DNA of 64,000 nt, taken from IMG/VR virus record IMGVR_UViG_3300042567_001420; one strand, 5' to 3'. Origin of the DNA: a virus. Taxonomy: Duplodnaviria; Caudoviricetes. Positions 18,067 through 27,784 of this stretch are shown here, piece by piece. A program made the translations under genes and the position numbers. The first letter of the stretch is position 1. Each line of letters begins with the position of its first letter. The notes under the pieces were generated by a model that was not told the origin of the DNA, did not search any database, and saw only the letters and a program-made list of their open reading frames with translations.

Positions 18067-18855
18067 TTAATAAAGCTTAGCTAATATACATAAATTATTT
18101 TTATGGGCGACAGCAAATGAATCAAACCCATACTCACACACATCTATGACCTTAAATCCATTACGATTTAACAATGCCGTGGCTGATTTAATATTAAAGA
18201 AATTAATATGTTCGTGGATAATACCAATGTACGGTGCAGGGTTGTTTGGTATTTCAAAATAAATCCAGGTATTATCATTCGCATGTTCTTTTATTTTACC
18301 CAATGTATCATTAGGATCAGACACGTGTTCTAATAGATGCGTGCATAATATAAAATCAAAAATTTTGTTTTCATTAAGAGATATTGATTCAACCTTAGAT
18401 GTCAATGGAACGTTACTAATATCAAAAACATATTTTTTAGATTTATCAAACCAATCAGGAATAACCGATCCATTGTCGCCACCGTAATCTAATACTGTAT
18501 GTATTTGATCAACATCGATATATTGTTTAATTAATTTTTGTATACCTTCTTGTCTATGTGTTTTATAGGCAATACTATTAAACTTTTCTATATCAGTATA
18601 TCCTGGCTCAAACATAATTCGAGTACGCGTATATTCGTTGTCTCTATATCCGTTATAATATATTTTAGTTTCATCATCTGTGAATCTATCAGCAGATCCA
18701 ACAAAAGAACAATCTAAACATTTCATACCAACTATTGGCATGCCATTATCTGTATTATTTCCGAATATACGAAATTGTATAAATTTAGCTAAACCAGTTT
18801 CTTTGTATTCAACATTATTAGAATCACATGCTACACACTTAAAAACTTTATACAT
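18067..18855 (-). CDS. Class I SAM-dependent methyltransferase with N-terminal Cys pairs
   Basis: CxxC...CxxC, VLDYGGDNG, FDFILCTHLLEHV, HEHINFF (sugar methyltransferase-like). Confidence 0.82.
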   Translation of the reverse strand: MYKVFKCVACDSNNVEYKETGLAKFIQFRIFGNNTDNGMPIVGMKCLDCSFVGSADRFTDDETKIYYNGYRDNEYTRTRIMFEPGYTDIEKFNSIAYKTHRQEGIQKLIKQYIDVDQIHTVLDYGGDNGSVIPDWFDKSKKYVFDISNVPLTSKVESISLNENKIFDFILCTHLLEHVSDPNDTLGKIKEHANDNTWIYFEIPNNPAPYIGIIHEHINFFNIKSATALLNRNGFKVIDVCEYGFDSFAVAHKNNLCILAKLY

Positions 18856-19588
18856 TATATTTTACAATCATCTCTCGGTTTAATTCTTCGTCACTTAAAA
18901 ATGGGAATAAATCATGCAGGCCTGCTTGTTTACCATTCTTTAGCCCTTGTGCTGGAGCAATTTCTTGGTCTGTATTACATTTACAAACTACAAGCATAGG
19001 GCCAGGAGTGTTTAATATATGTTCAAATTCTTTTAACTGATCTACATCATTTATTTCTTTATAACCTAAACCAAATGTAGTTGCTACATTCTCAAACAAT
19101 GGAAACCAAATACCTGTAGTATTACTTGTACCATATACTCTACCTTGATAGTATTTTGTTTGCGTATTCCGAATACAAGAATATCCGTTGTTATTGAGAA
19201 TGACAAATTTAATATCTAGATTGTGTTGTTTAGCAACGGCAAGTTCTTGTATGTTAGACATAAAACTGCCATCGCCTAAGAATGTTATAGCTTGTTGTTT
19301 ACTCGCTAATGCTACGCCCACTGCCGCAGGAACTGCCCAGCCCATATCTGCTTGGGATACGCTACAAACAAATCGTTGTCCTTGTTTGGGTTTAAATGCA
19401 GTGCTTCCGATATAATACCCACTACCCGCGTCTGCCATTACTGTAGCAGTTGGTTTACTATATTTGTTTATAGCATCTATCACTGCGTACATATTAATTT
19501 CGTCACCGGCTTGTAAATATTCCTGTTGTATTACCGGCCATTTATTTTTCCAATGATTACATTTGTCTATCCATTCAGTTCTATTCAT
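18848..19588 (-). CDS. ThDP-dependent enzyme (acetolactate synthase/YerE-like), C-terminal PP domain
   Basis: GDGSFM...NNNGY ThDP-binding motif; MGWAVPAAVG. Confidence 0.9.
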   Translation of the reverse strand: MNRTEWIDKCNHWKNKWPVIQQEYLQAGDEINMYAVIDAINKYSKPTATVMADAGSGYYIGSTAFKPKQGQRFVCSVSQADMGWAVPAAVGVALASKQQAITFLGDGSFMSNIQELAVAKQHNLDIKFVILNNNGYSCIRNTQTKYYQGRVYGTSNTTGIWFPLFENVATTFGLGYKEINDVDQLKEFEHILNTPGPMLVVCKCNTDQEIAPAQGLKNGKQAGLHDLFPFLSDEELNREMIVKYNV

Positions 19589-20598
19589 ACCATAACCTCA
19601 AAGAAATCGGAAAGATCCATATTGTATTTTTCACTTATGTCTAATATATCTTTATTTAGTTCGTCAGAATCAATATCAACAACGATCTTTTTGCTACCAA
19701 TACTAAACTGTTTAGGGTCATAACCTATCACACTACTATTTAAACTACTACCAAGAACTAATAATAGACTTGCATTTTGTACTACAAAATTTCCATATCG
19801 GCAACCCTTGATACCAATTGCTCCCATATTTAATTCATGATCGTTACTTGCATAATCGGTTGCGCCGTATGTTGTTACAAATGGTAGTTTATATTTTTCT
19901 ATAAATTTAATAAAGGAATCTACTGTATTTGTTTGTCTAATGCCCTGACCAACTAACACAACTGGTCTTTCTGATTGTTCTAATTGATTCTTTAATTCGT
20001 CAAGATTTGTATGAATACGATTAATAGGATCATCTGCAATAAACAATTTATATGTTTCTGGCATTTCTGCAGTTTGTATATCTCCGGGAATATCAACCCA
20101 GCACGGCCCAGGTCTTCCTTCTTTTGCCATATATAACGCCTTTGTAATTACATATGCAACTTCATCTATGCTTGTTATAAAATGAGCATACTTAGTCATG
20201 TTCTTATACATAGAAACAACATTGTGTTCCTGAATACCATACTTACGCAAGTTAATGTTCTTTGTGGTATTAATCCAACTAGAACAAGTATTCATTCTAA
20301 CATTGCCAGATATGAATAATACCGGTACTCCATCTTGCCATGCATCTAATACAGATGTGGCACAATTTGTTCCTGCACACCCGGTAGTAGGATTAACAAC
20401 GGATACTTTACCGGTATAAATTGCTTCGCCCATTGCCGAATGGCCTGCACCTTGTTCGTTATGATAACAGATATAGTTTATTTTACCATTCTTAATAAAC
20501 CCATCATTTAATCCGCTAGCGCCGCCGCCCATAATCCCATGTACATTTTCAATGCCTAAATTATAAAGATAATCTGATATCCAATCGCATACACGCAT
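19585..20598 (-). CDS. ThDP-dependent enzyme (acetolactate synthase/YerE-like), N-terminal PYR and middle domains
   Basis: HNEQGAGH, TTGCAGTN, ISGNV, GRPGPCWVDIPGDIQ; GGAGG RBS. Confidence 0.9.
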   Translation of the reverse strand: MRVCDWISDYLYNLGIENVHGIMGGGASGLNDGFIKNGKINYICYHNEQGAGHSAMGEAIYTGKVSVVNPTTGCAGTNCATSVLDAWQDGVPVLFISGNVRMNTCSSWINTTKNINLRKYGIQEHNVVSMYKNMTKYAHFITSIDEVAYVITKALYMAKEGRPGPCWVDIPGDIQTAEMPETYKLFIADDPINRIHTNLDELKNQLEQSERPVVLVGQGIRQTNTVDSFIKFIEKYKLPFVTTYGATDYASNDHELNMGAIGIKGCRYGNFVVQNASLLLVLGSSLNSSVIGYDPKQFSIGSKKIVVDIDSDELNKDILDISEKYNMDLSDFFEVMV

Positions 20599-20599
20599 A

Positions 20600-21925
20600 T
20601 TAACCTCCAAATAAACTCATAAAACTATCTACTACTTCACCAATATATTTAATTTGTTCAGGAGTAATAACGGGACTAGTACCATGGAAATAAGTATTAG
20701 TCATTGTCATTGTAGCAATTGGAAAATTATCTCTTGCATCTGCAGGGTTCATTAAATGCGAATATGCAGGCTGTAGCATAATATTGCCAGCAAAATATGG
20801 TCTTGTCTGAATTAATTTTTCTTCTAAGTAATCTACAATGTCACTACGCTTGAAAGGAGATCCCGCCCGAATTGTTAATGGGAATGCGAACCAACTTGGG
20901 TCTGAGTATTCTTGTGCTCTTGGTAGATGGAAATACTCCTCGTACTTGCTGTAGATATCAAAAAGCAAACTATAATTACGACGACGTAGTGCATGTATTG
21001 TCCCCAATTTTTCTAATTGAACTAATCCCATTGCGCCTTGTAATTCAATAGGCTTAAGATTATATCCAATCTCGTCATAAACATATTTGTGGTCAAAAAT
21101 TTCACCTGGCATTTCAGGAATCCATTCTTGAAATCGTTTGCCACAAGAACCACATTTTAATTTATTAGCTTCCGGCCCTACACAGTAACAACCTCGGCCC
21201 CATTCTCTAAATGAACGAAGAATAACTTCTGTCTCATAATTCTTACATGCTACAAATCCGCCTTCGCCCATTGTCATATGGTGTGCTGGATAGAATGAGC
21301 AAGATGCCATTTCACCAAATGATCCCAATGGTTGTCCGCCATAGGTTGAACCTAAAGCATCGCAACAATCTTCTAATAGAATCAAATCATAACGATTGAC
21401 AAGTTCCATCACCCAACGCATATTAGGGGGATTGCCCAAGACGTGAGCAAATGTGATTACTCGAATGTCATGTTTCTTAATTAGTTCTTCCGCTCTAGTT
21501 AAATCTAAATTAAGTGTATCCAATTCAATATCTAAAAACACAGGTTCAAACCCTACTTGTAATGTAGGATTTAATGTTGTAGGAAAACCTGCAATAGGCA
21601 TCAACACCTTTGTACCTTTAGGTAAGTTGTATCCTCGCTTAGATGTAAGCGTAGACATCATTAATAAATTAGAACTTGATCCTGAATTAGTAAGTATTCC
21701 AAAGTTCTTTTGAAATTGCTTAGGAAATTGTTTCTCAAATTTTATTGATTGATCGCCCATTACAAGCCAGCTATCTAACAATGTAGAAACTGCCGCCATA
21801 ATTTCATGTTCGTCAAAATATGGACCAGCATAATTTACAAAATCCTTACCGGCAGTCCATGTCTTATTTGCTGCCTTGTTTTGGAAATATGCAGCTACTC
21901 CGTTAATGATGTCTTGTTTATTCAT
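20600..21925 (-). CDS. rfbH: CDP-4-keto-6-deoxyglucose 3-dehydrase E1 (RfbH/DdhC-like)
   Basis: SFYPAHHMTMGEGG (His in place of the PLP Lys), WGRGCYC...CGSC Fe-S Cys cluster, GYNLKP, QTRPYFAGN. Confidence 0.9.
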   Translation of the reverse strand: MNKQDIINGVAAYFQNKAANKTWTAGKDFVNYAGPYFDEHEIMAAVSTLLDSWLVMGDQSIKFEKQFPKQFQKNFGILTNSGSSSNLLMMSTLTSKRGYNLPKGTKVLMPIAGFPTTLNPTLQVGFEPVFLDIELDTLNLDLTRAEELIKKHDIRVITFAHVLGNPPNMRWVMELVNRYDLILLEDCCDALGSTYGGQPLGSFGEMASCSFYPAHHMTMGEGGFVACKNYETEVILRSFREWGRGCYCVGPEANKLKCGSCGKRFQEWIPEMPGEIFDHKYVYDEIGYNLKPIELQGAMGLVQLEKLGTIHALRRRNYSLLFDIYSKYEEYFHLPRAQEYSDPSWFAFPLTIRAGSPFKRSDIVDYLEEKLIQTRPYFAGNIMLQPAYSHLMNPADARDNFPIATMTMTNTYFHGTSPVITPEQIKYIGEVVDSFMSLFGG

Positions 21926-22854
21926 GGTTTCCAATAGGCATAATTGCCTTCCAAATGTCTTACTTGATTTTTATTCCTTGCTTCGTCTTCTTTAAAAGGA
22001 TATGTCCAATGTTCATTATAATATTCTGCCCATACTCTATATCCGTTGTTTGCCTCAGGTGACCAACGATATCCTAATATGCCGAAGAATAACTGATGCA
22101 CGCCGCCAGTTTGTATACCTACTTTGCCTCGTTTTTTCGCATGTTCTACATATATAGGAGAAGATGTGGATGCTCCAGAAATTAAAACGTCATATTCATA
22201 CTTATCAATTTCATTTTTTATGTATTCTACATTTTGTTCCCACGTTTCGCAACCAGGATATTGTCTGTCATCCATTAAAGGATGGTACGGAGTACGAATA
22301 CATCCTACTAAATCAAACGGTGCAACTAAATCTAAATTGTCTCCCCATATTTTATCAATCTGTTGCCATTGCGATTTAATAGTTTCACAATGCGTAGATA
22401 TAATTAATACTTTTTTATTTTTTAAATATTTTGTCCAAGGTGTTTCGACCTTAAATGTTCCGCATAGCCCGCCTCTTAGAACACCGATAGGATCCAAAAC
22501 CATAAGACTATCATGCCCAAAGAACATAGGCTTTTCGCCGAATGTTTTTGTAAAGGTCGTATCATTTTGTATGGCTAATGACATATCAACAAATCCGAGT
22601 ATATCACATTCTTTCATGGATTGTGTTAACATAGGAACAATGGTATCTATATAATAGTCAGTTGTACCTGGAGTTACCCCACCCTCAAAAGAAATAACAG
22701 TATTATTAAAGAATTGTGAGGATATACTAGTATTGTTAAACAGATTTTGTAGAACATACCCCGCACTATTATCTAGACGCAATAATGAAAAAGGTTCATT
22801 TGATTGCAATTTTTCTGAAATTAAATCATTAACCTCAAAGAAGTTTTTAAGCAT
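21922..22854 (-). CDS. Hypothetical glycan-related protein (possibly GT-D-like)
   Basis: FSLLRL, KKVLIIS, GIQTGGVHQLFFGI; operon context only. Confidence 0.5.
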   Translation of the reverse strand: MLKNFFEVNDLISEKLQSNEPFSLLRLDNSAGYVLQNLFNNTSISSQFFNNTVISFEGGVTPGTTDYYIDTIVPMLTQSMKECDILGFVDMSLAIQNDTTFTKTFGEKPMFFGHDSLMVLDPIGVLRGGLCGTFKVETPWTKYLKNKKVLIISTHCETIKSQWQQIDKIWGDNLDLVAPFDLVGCIRTPYHPLMDDRQYPGCETWEQNVEYIKNEIDKYEYDVLISGASTSSPIYVEHAKKRGKVGIQTGGVHQLFFGILGYRWSPEANNGYRVWAEYYNEHWTYPFKEDEARNKNQVRHLEGNYAYWKP

Positions 22855-23557
22855 AATATTTTCCTAAATGTTCTTTGTCTTGTTTAATATATTTAAATGC
22901 AGTCTGAATATCGGAAGGCAGTTTTGAGTAAAACGTATGCATCTCAGTCTCAGCTTGTTGTTTACTATAGTTTGTTCCTGGCGGATGTGAGATTGTGTAA
23001 CGATAATCTCTGATAACAGGCCTCTTACTAATATAACCAATTGCAGTATATACTATATCAAAGCTCCATCCCATTTTATAGGGGGCAAAATCGATATTAC
23101 GATTCTTAGCATCCTCAATAATATCTTTATGAATGAACCAACAAGTACAATCAGGATTTGCAACCATTTTATAATAAGGCTCTTCTAGATCAAAAGATTT
23201 AAGATCAGCTCTACTAGAATCATAGAATGTATAATCTACATTCGGAGCATAGATGCCCCAGTTGTAAGTGTCAAAACATTCTTCAGCGCCAGCATAAATT
23301 TCAGTCCAATTATCATAAGATGCATCTGCTTGAATGTGAAACATTACATCCGCATCAAACAACTCAATTGCTTTTAAAAATTGTGCTGTAAAATAACTGT
23401 CCTCGCCAATGTTGTGCCAATTAGGATCGTCCTCACGGTGATTGTCGTCACTATTAATAACGACAGGCACGACCCCAATGGCACTCAGTTGCTTTTGCTT
23501 TTCTTTTGTTTTTTCATACTGTCCGCGCCAGTTAAAGATAAATGTTTGTATTTTCAT
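22847..23557 (-). CDS. Putative glycosyltransferase (GT-A-like)
   Basis: FHIQADA (DxD-like); operon context. Confidence 0.5.
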   Translation of the reverse strand: MKIQTFIFNWRGQYEKTKEKQKQLSAIGVVPVVINSDDNHREDDPNWHNIGEDSYFTAQFLKAIELFDADVMFHIQADASYDNWTEIYAGAEECFDTYNWGIYAPNVDYTFYDSSRADLKSFDLEEPYYKMVANPDCTCWFIHKDIIEDAKNRNIDFAPYKMGWSFDIVYTAIGYISKRPVIRDYRYTISHPPGTNYSKQQAETEMHTFYSKLPSDIQTAFKYIKQDKEHLGKYYA

Positions 23558-24429
23558 CGTTTTAAAATTTTATTATACACTATAGCATCGAACCAATTAA
23601 GGAAGTTATCCAATACTACAAATGACGGAGGGATTCCGTTTAAAAATTTTGGAGCATTAACATAAGATGCATATAGTTCGTCATCTTGATCAACCTTCAT
23701 TATATGTGCAATAGCCTCTTCCTGGCTATTGAAATCGTGTAAATTTATGAATGCGGCAGGATTAAAGTCATTTGCAATTGTTTCGGACCCCCAATAAATT
23801 GGAACAGTTCCTGCATAGAATGCGTGAAGAATTTTCTCCGTAGTATAACCGGGATGAGAAGTATGTTCAAAACAAATATTAAATTTTCTTGTCGAAAGGA
23901 AATTTATTTTGCTTTCTTCGCCTGTTAAATTAGCATTGATGTTGTTATACAATTTGCCGCCGCTATCTACACGTTTAATATTATTTAGCTTATTAAAGAA
24001 TTCATTGCGCTCATTACAATTTGGATTCGATACTACAAACGTACAAAAGTCTGTTTTTTCTTTAATCTCGGGATTAAAGATATAGTTAAAATCAAATCTT
24101 GTTTCATGGATATGCTCTAATGCCCACATATAAATTACATACAAGGGTAATCTGTAATGCCATGGTTCAAATATATGGTCAAAACTAATAGCATAGTCGC
24201 AATCAAAATTCTCAGGTCTACGATTTTCACCTGTGAACAATATCTTAGTACATTGATCTCTGGTGATATTTAAGTTATTACGACCAAAGTTATCATCACC
24301 GAATAATAAAAAATCCGGCGATTCACTCATGCCTACGATATCTACTTTATATCTAGTCTGAAAAAGATATATAAAGAACGTTGCAAGATGATCATGTGTA
24401 TCTGCAAATGCTATTCTCAACGGCTTCAT
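23554..24429 (-). CDS. Glycosyltransferase family 10 (alpha-1,3-fucosyltransferase-like)
   Basis: TGENRRP, VDSGG, KFNICFEHT...GYTTEKI...GTVPIYWG. Confidence 0.9.
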   Translation of the reverse strand: MKPLRIAFADTHDHLATFFIYLFQTRYKVDIVGMSESPDFLLFGDDNFGRNNLNITRDQCTKILFTGENRRPENFDCDYAISFDHIFEPWHYRLPLYVIYMWALEHIHETRFDFNYIFNPEIKEKTDFCTFVVSNPNCNERNEFFNKLNNIKRVDSGGKLYNNINANLTGEESKINFLSTRKFNICFEHTSHPGYTTEKILHAFYAGTVPIYWGSETIANDFNPAAFINLHDFNSQEEAIAHIMKVDQDDELYASYVNAPKFLNGIPPSFVVLDNFLNWFDAIVYNKILKR

Positions 24430-25340
24430 GCAAATGCCTGATTCAATGCAGACATAATGTTTTCGTGATCTTTAGCAGTCAATGAATTGCTAAAGATTGG
24501 GATTGCATGATACGTACATTTGATATTTAAATCTTTTGACATTGTCTCATGTACATCTTCATAATCTGGATGCTTAGTATTAAATGATACAAATGTTTTT
24601 GTGTCATCCATATAATTATCATAAGTCTCGCAGAATACATACGGGCCAGAGTTCTTACCAACAATAACATTGCAGTATGTACTTAGATAAGAAATCTCCT
24701 GTAGATCTCCATCGGTAACAGGACCTATAATATCGCCGGTGAATAAAATATTTGTAGCACCCTCAGTATCAAATTTATTAGTGCAGATAAAATGTGTATT
24801 GGGATACATTTCTGCAAAGGGCAAAATGTGTTCCTTCATATCAGAAGAGAATGACTGATTAGATTGAGGTACATTATTGCAGACTAATACTTTTCGAACA
24901 CCAATTGTAGAATTAACATATTGATCTACGCCTGCAATACTTAAAGCATTGTAGCTGATACGAGGCAAATAATCTTCTTTATCTTTATGTAATTTAACAG
25001 AAGTACCGAATGTCTCATTAATTGTATCTACAATGTCGCCCCATTCTTCGTAGATAGTATTCATATTAATACCACCATACTTACAGAACACATCCCAGTT
25101 ACATCCAACCCACGTATTAACAAACAAAGTATCTTCATCCTGATAGAATGGAGTCTTGTTGTCTAAATCATCAGGCGACCCTATTAAAGGAATGCCCAAT
25201 TCTGCAGTTAACTTTTCTGCATTTTTATGCAGATATTCGAATGTAAATTCTGGTAGTTGTGATTGAATGTGACGAATAAATTCTTTATGCGTATGTAGAT
25301 CACCTTTGTGATAATGATTAAAGAAAACAATTTTAGACAT
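24426..25340 (-). CDS. Hypothetical glycan-related protein (GT-B-like)
   Basis: FFNHYHKGD, VGKNSGP; operon context. Confidence 0.5.
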   Translation of the reverse strand: MSKIVFFNHYHKGDLHTHKEFIRHIQSQLPEFTFEYLHKNAEKLTAELGIPLIGSPDDLDNKTPFYQDEDTLFVNTWVGCNWDVFCKYGGINMNTIYEEWGDIVDTINETFGTSVKLHKDKEDYLPRISYNALSIAGVDQYVNSTIGVRKVLVCNNVPQSNQSFSSDMKEHILPFAEMYPNTHFICTNKFDTEGATNILFTGDIIGPVTDGDLQEISYLSTYCNVIVGKNSGPYVFCETYDNYMDDTKTFVSFNTKHPDYEDVHETMSKDLNIKCTYHAIPIFSNSLTAKDHENIMSALNQAFA

Positions 25341-25692
25341 TATCAATACCTTTATACAATTTAACAGAATCTTCTCTCAAAGATTTTTCATTTTTAATAG
25401 CATCATCAACTAGCAAGTTAATAGCTTGAACATATTTAGGACGCTTAACCTTGAAGCAAATATCAACTTTGCGTTTTAGATCAGCCATCTCTTCATCTGA
25501 TTTTGCAGTTTGAAATGCATCTTCAAGCATCCACATTCTAATATGAATGATAGCAAGTTTCTCAACAATCTCACCAAGATTGTCAGTTGCAATATAATTA
25601 GAATCTGGCATACCAAAGTCTTTAGCATTATCTAAAACATCGTTAACTGTTCTTTTGATAACTTCCTCAATGCTTTCACCTAAATTGGTCAT
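25333..25692 (-). CDS. DUF4254-like helical protein
   Basis: IHIRMWMLED...LKRKVD resembles DUF4254 as recalled. Confidence 0.5.
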   Translation of the reverse strand: MTNLGESIEEVIKRTVNDVLDNAKDFGMPDSNYIATDNLGEIVEKLAIIHIRMWMLEDAFQTAKSDEEMADLKRKVDICFKVKRPKYVQAINLLVDDAIKNEKSLREDSVKLYKGIDNV

Positions 25693-26845
25693 TGATTTCT
25701 CCCACTACTTTATCTAAAAATTTCATGTCTGATTCTGTAACAAAATGATTGTTACCGATATAAACACCTTGTGTCTGAATAATGTCAGCATTGGTTCTTT
25801 TCTTAGTAGTTTCTATTTTATAATCTTTAAGAAAAGGCTGTGACAATAAATTACCCGCAACAACTGGTCTGTATTCAATTGTATGTTTAGTGAATGTATC
25901 CTTCATAGCTAACATGATCTCATTTGATCTGCAGATAAAAGGAAAACAGAAGCTGCTAATTGTTTTGGGGTTTTTAATAGTATAAAACAGATTGGGATAT
26001 TTGTCAATAATTTCCGTAAATAGTTTGTGATTTCTATTTCGAATCTCAACCATTTTATCCAAACGTTTTAATTGCGAGATACCAAGTACAGCACAAATTT
26101 CATGATTTCTAAAATTGTATCCGTCGGTAACAAACAAGAATTGTTTATCCACATCAGGATATTTTTTAGCATACTCATCGAATTTAATTGATTCTCTTGC
26201 CATACCATGGCTTCGTTTAATTTTCATCAAATCATAAAGCTTAGTATTGTTTGTGGAAATCATTCCACCTTCTACTGTAGACATATGATGTCCAAAATAG
26301 AAACTGAATGTGGCGCCTAAACTATTTGAACCACATTTTTCGCCGTATGGTGTTTTGCAACCATGTGATTCGCAGATATCATCTAATATAATTGCTCTAG
26401 GGAAAATGCGTTTAATACCTTCATTGTTTGCGGAAAACCCTAACAAATGAGTAATGAATACCATTTTAATATCATGCTTCAATGCAATCAATCTAGCTTC
26501 TTCGAGATCAAAACTAAAATTATCTAGATTAACATCACAAAATACTGGTTCAAGACCAAGCTGCATAATAGGTGAAACATTCGTCATCCATGTGCAAGCA
26601 GGAACTAATACTTTGTCACCCGCTTTTAATTTGTATAACTCTTTAACTGCCGCTACCAATAAGAAGTTTGCAGTACTTCCGCTAGAAACATATAAAGAAT
26701 GTTTTGCGCCAAGCCATTCACTCCATTCGTTTTCGAATTGTTTTACCTTTTCACCGAATGTGAATTTCTTAGCTGTCAGCGCAAAATGCGCCATCTTCAA
26801 TCTGTCCATAAAGGTGATTGTCTCACCCATCAACGGCCACTTCAT
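25676..26845 (-). CDS. colD: GDP-4-keto-6-deoxymannose 3-dehydratase (ColD-like, DegT/DnrJ fold)
   Basis: TFSFYFGHHMSTVEGG (His in place of Lys), DDICESHG, GYNFR, EYRPVVAGN; adjacent to gmd and fcl. Confidence 0.75.
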   Translation of the reverse strand: MKWPLMGETITFMDRLKMAHFALTAKKFTFGEKVKQFENEWSEWLGAKHSLYVSSGSTANFLLVAAVKELYKLKAGDKVLVPACTWMTNVSPIMQLGLEPVFCDVNLDNFSFDLEEARLIALKHDIKMVFITHLLGFSANNEGIKRIFPRAIILDDICESHGCKTPYGEKCGSNSLGATFSFYFGHHMSTVEGGMISTNNTKLYDLMKIKRSHGMARESIKFDEYAKKYPDVDKQFLFVTDGYNFRNHEICAVLGISQLKRLDKMVEIRNRNHKLFTEIIDKYPNLFYTIKNPKTISSFCFPFICRSNEIMLAMKDTFTKHTIEYRPVVAGNLLSQPFLKDYKIETTKKRTNADIIQTQGVYIGNNHFVTESDMKFLDKVVGEINDQFR

Positions 26846-27777
26846 AGTATACCTTTTTCTGTTTTATACCAATCAATCGTACGCTTGAGTCCTTCCTCAA
26901 ACGATACCTTTGGTTTCCATCCCATGGAAAACAATCTTGAGTTTTCCATTTTGCGTCTAGGTGTACCATTAGGTAGAGTTGTATCCCACTTAATTTCACC
27001 CTTGAAACCAACAGCATCTTTAATTAATTCTGAAAGTTCTTTAATTGGAATTTCAACATCGCTACCTACATTAATAAATTCAGCTTTGTCGTAATTATTC
27101 ATCAAGAACAAACAAGCATCTGCTAAATCATCTACATATAAAAATTCTCGTGTAGGTGATCCATCTCCCCAGCACATAATACTATCTTCATTGTTCTTCA
27201 TTGCGTTAAAGAACTTAGTAATGATACCTGGGATAACGTGACCTTGCTCAGGAATAAAATTGTCATGAGGCCCATACAAATTTGCAGGCATCAAACTAAT
27301 AGCGTTGAAACCATATTGACGTCTGTAATATTCGCACATACGCATACCTGTAATTTTAGCTAATGCGTAACCTTCATTAGAAGGTTCTAGTGGCGCTGTT
27401 AACAGGTATTCTTCTTTAATAGGTTGAGGGGTGACCTTAGGATAAATGCAGGCCGAACCCAAGAACAATAATTTACTACAATTGTTTCTATATGCTGCAT
27501 CAATTACGTTAGTCTGAATAGCAAGGTTATCATAAATAAACTCAGCAGGATTAGTTGCGTTATAATTGATACCTCCGACTTTAGCTGCTGCTAAGAAAAC
27601 ATATTCAGGTTTTTCTGTACTAAAGAAATTACGAACTGCTTGTTGATCTCGTAAATCCAATTCACTTTTAGAACGAAGAATTAGATTATCGTAACCCTCA
27701 TTCTGAAGTTTACGCACAATAGCAGATCCTACTAAACCATTATGACCTGCAATAAAAATTTTACTATTTTTTTCCAT
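26842..27777 (-). CDS. fcl: GDP-L-fucose synthase / ColC-like epimerase-reductase
   Basis: GHNGLVG, AAKVGGI, LGSACIYPK, YALAK, NLYGPHDNF, REFLYVDD. Confidence 0.95.
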   Translation of the reverse strand: MEKNSKIFIAGHNGLVGSAIVRKLQNEGYDNLILRSKSELDLRDQQAVRNFFSTEKPEYVFLAAAKVGGINYNATNPAEFIYDNLAIQTNVIDAAYRNNCSKLLFLGSACIYPKVTPQPIKEEYLLTAPLEPSNEGYALAKITGMRMCEYYRRQYGFNAISLMPANLYGPHDNFIPEQGHVIPGIITKFFNAMKNNEDSIMCWGDGSPTREFLYVDDLADACLFLMNNYDKAEFINVGSDVEIPIKELSELIKDAVGFKGEIKWDTTLPNGTPRRKMENSRLFSMGWKPKVSFEEGLKRTIDWYKTEKGIL

Positions 27778-27784
27778 ATTATCC

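Noticed and set aside
18848-20598. Branched-chain amino-acid biosynthesis (ilvB) or a pseudogene
   Set aside because: It is embedded in a nucleotide-sugar operon with no ilvC/ilvD/ilvH; both halves keep their motifs and RBS.
22124-22654. 176-aa plus-strand ORF and similar antisense ORFs across the glycan operon
   Set aside because: Antisense to well-supported coupled genes; no recognisable motifs.
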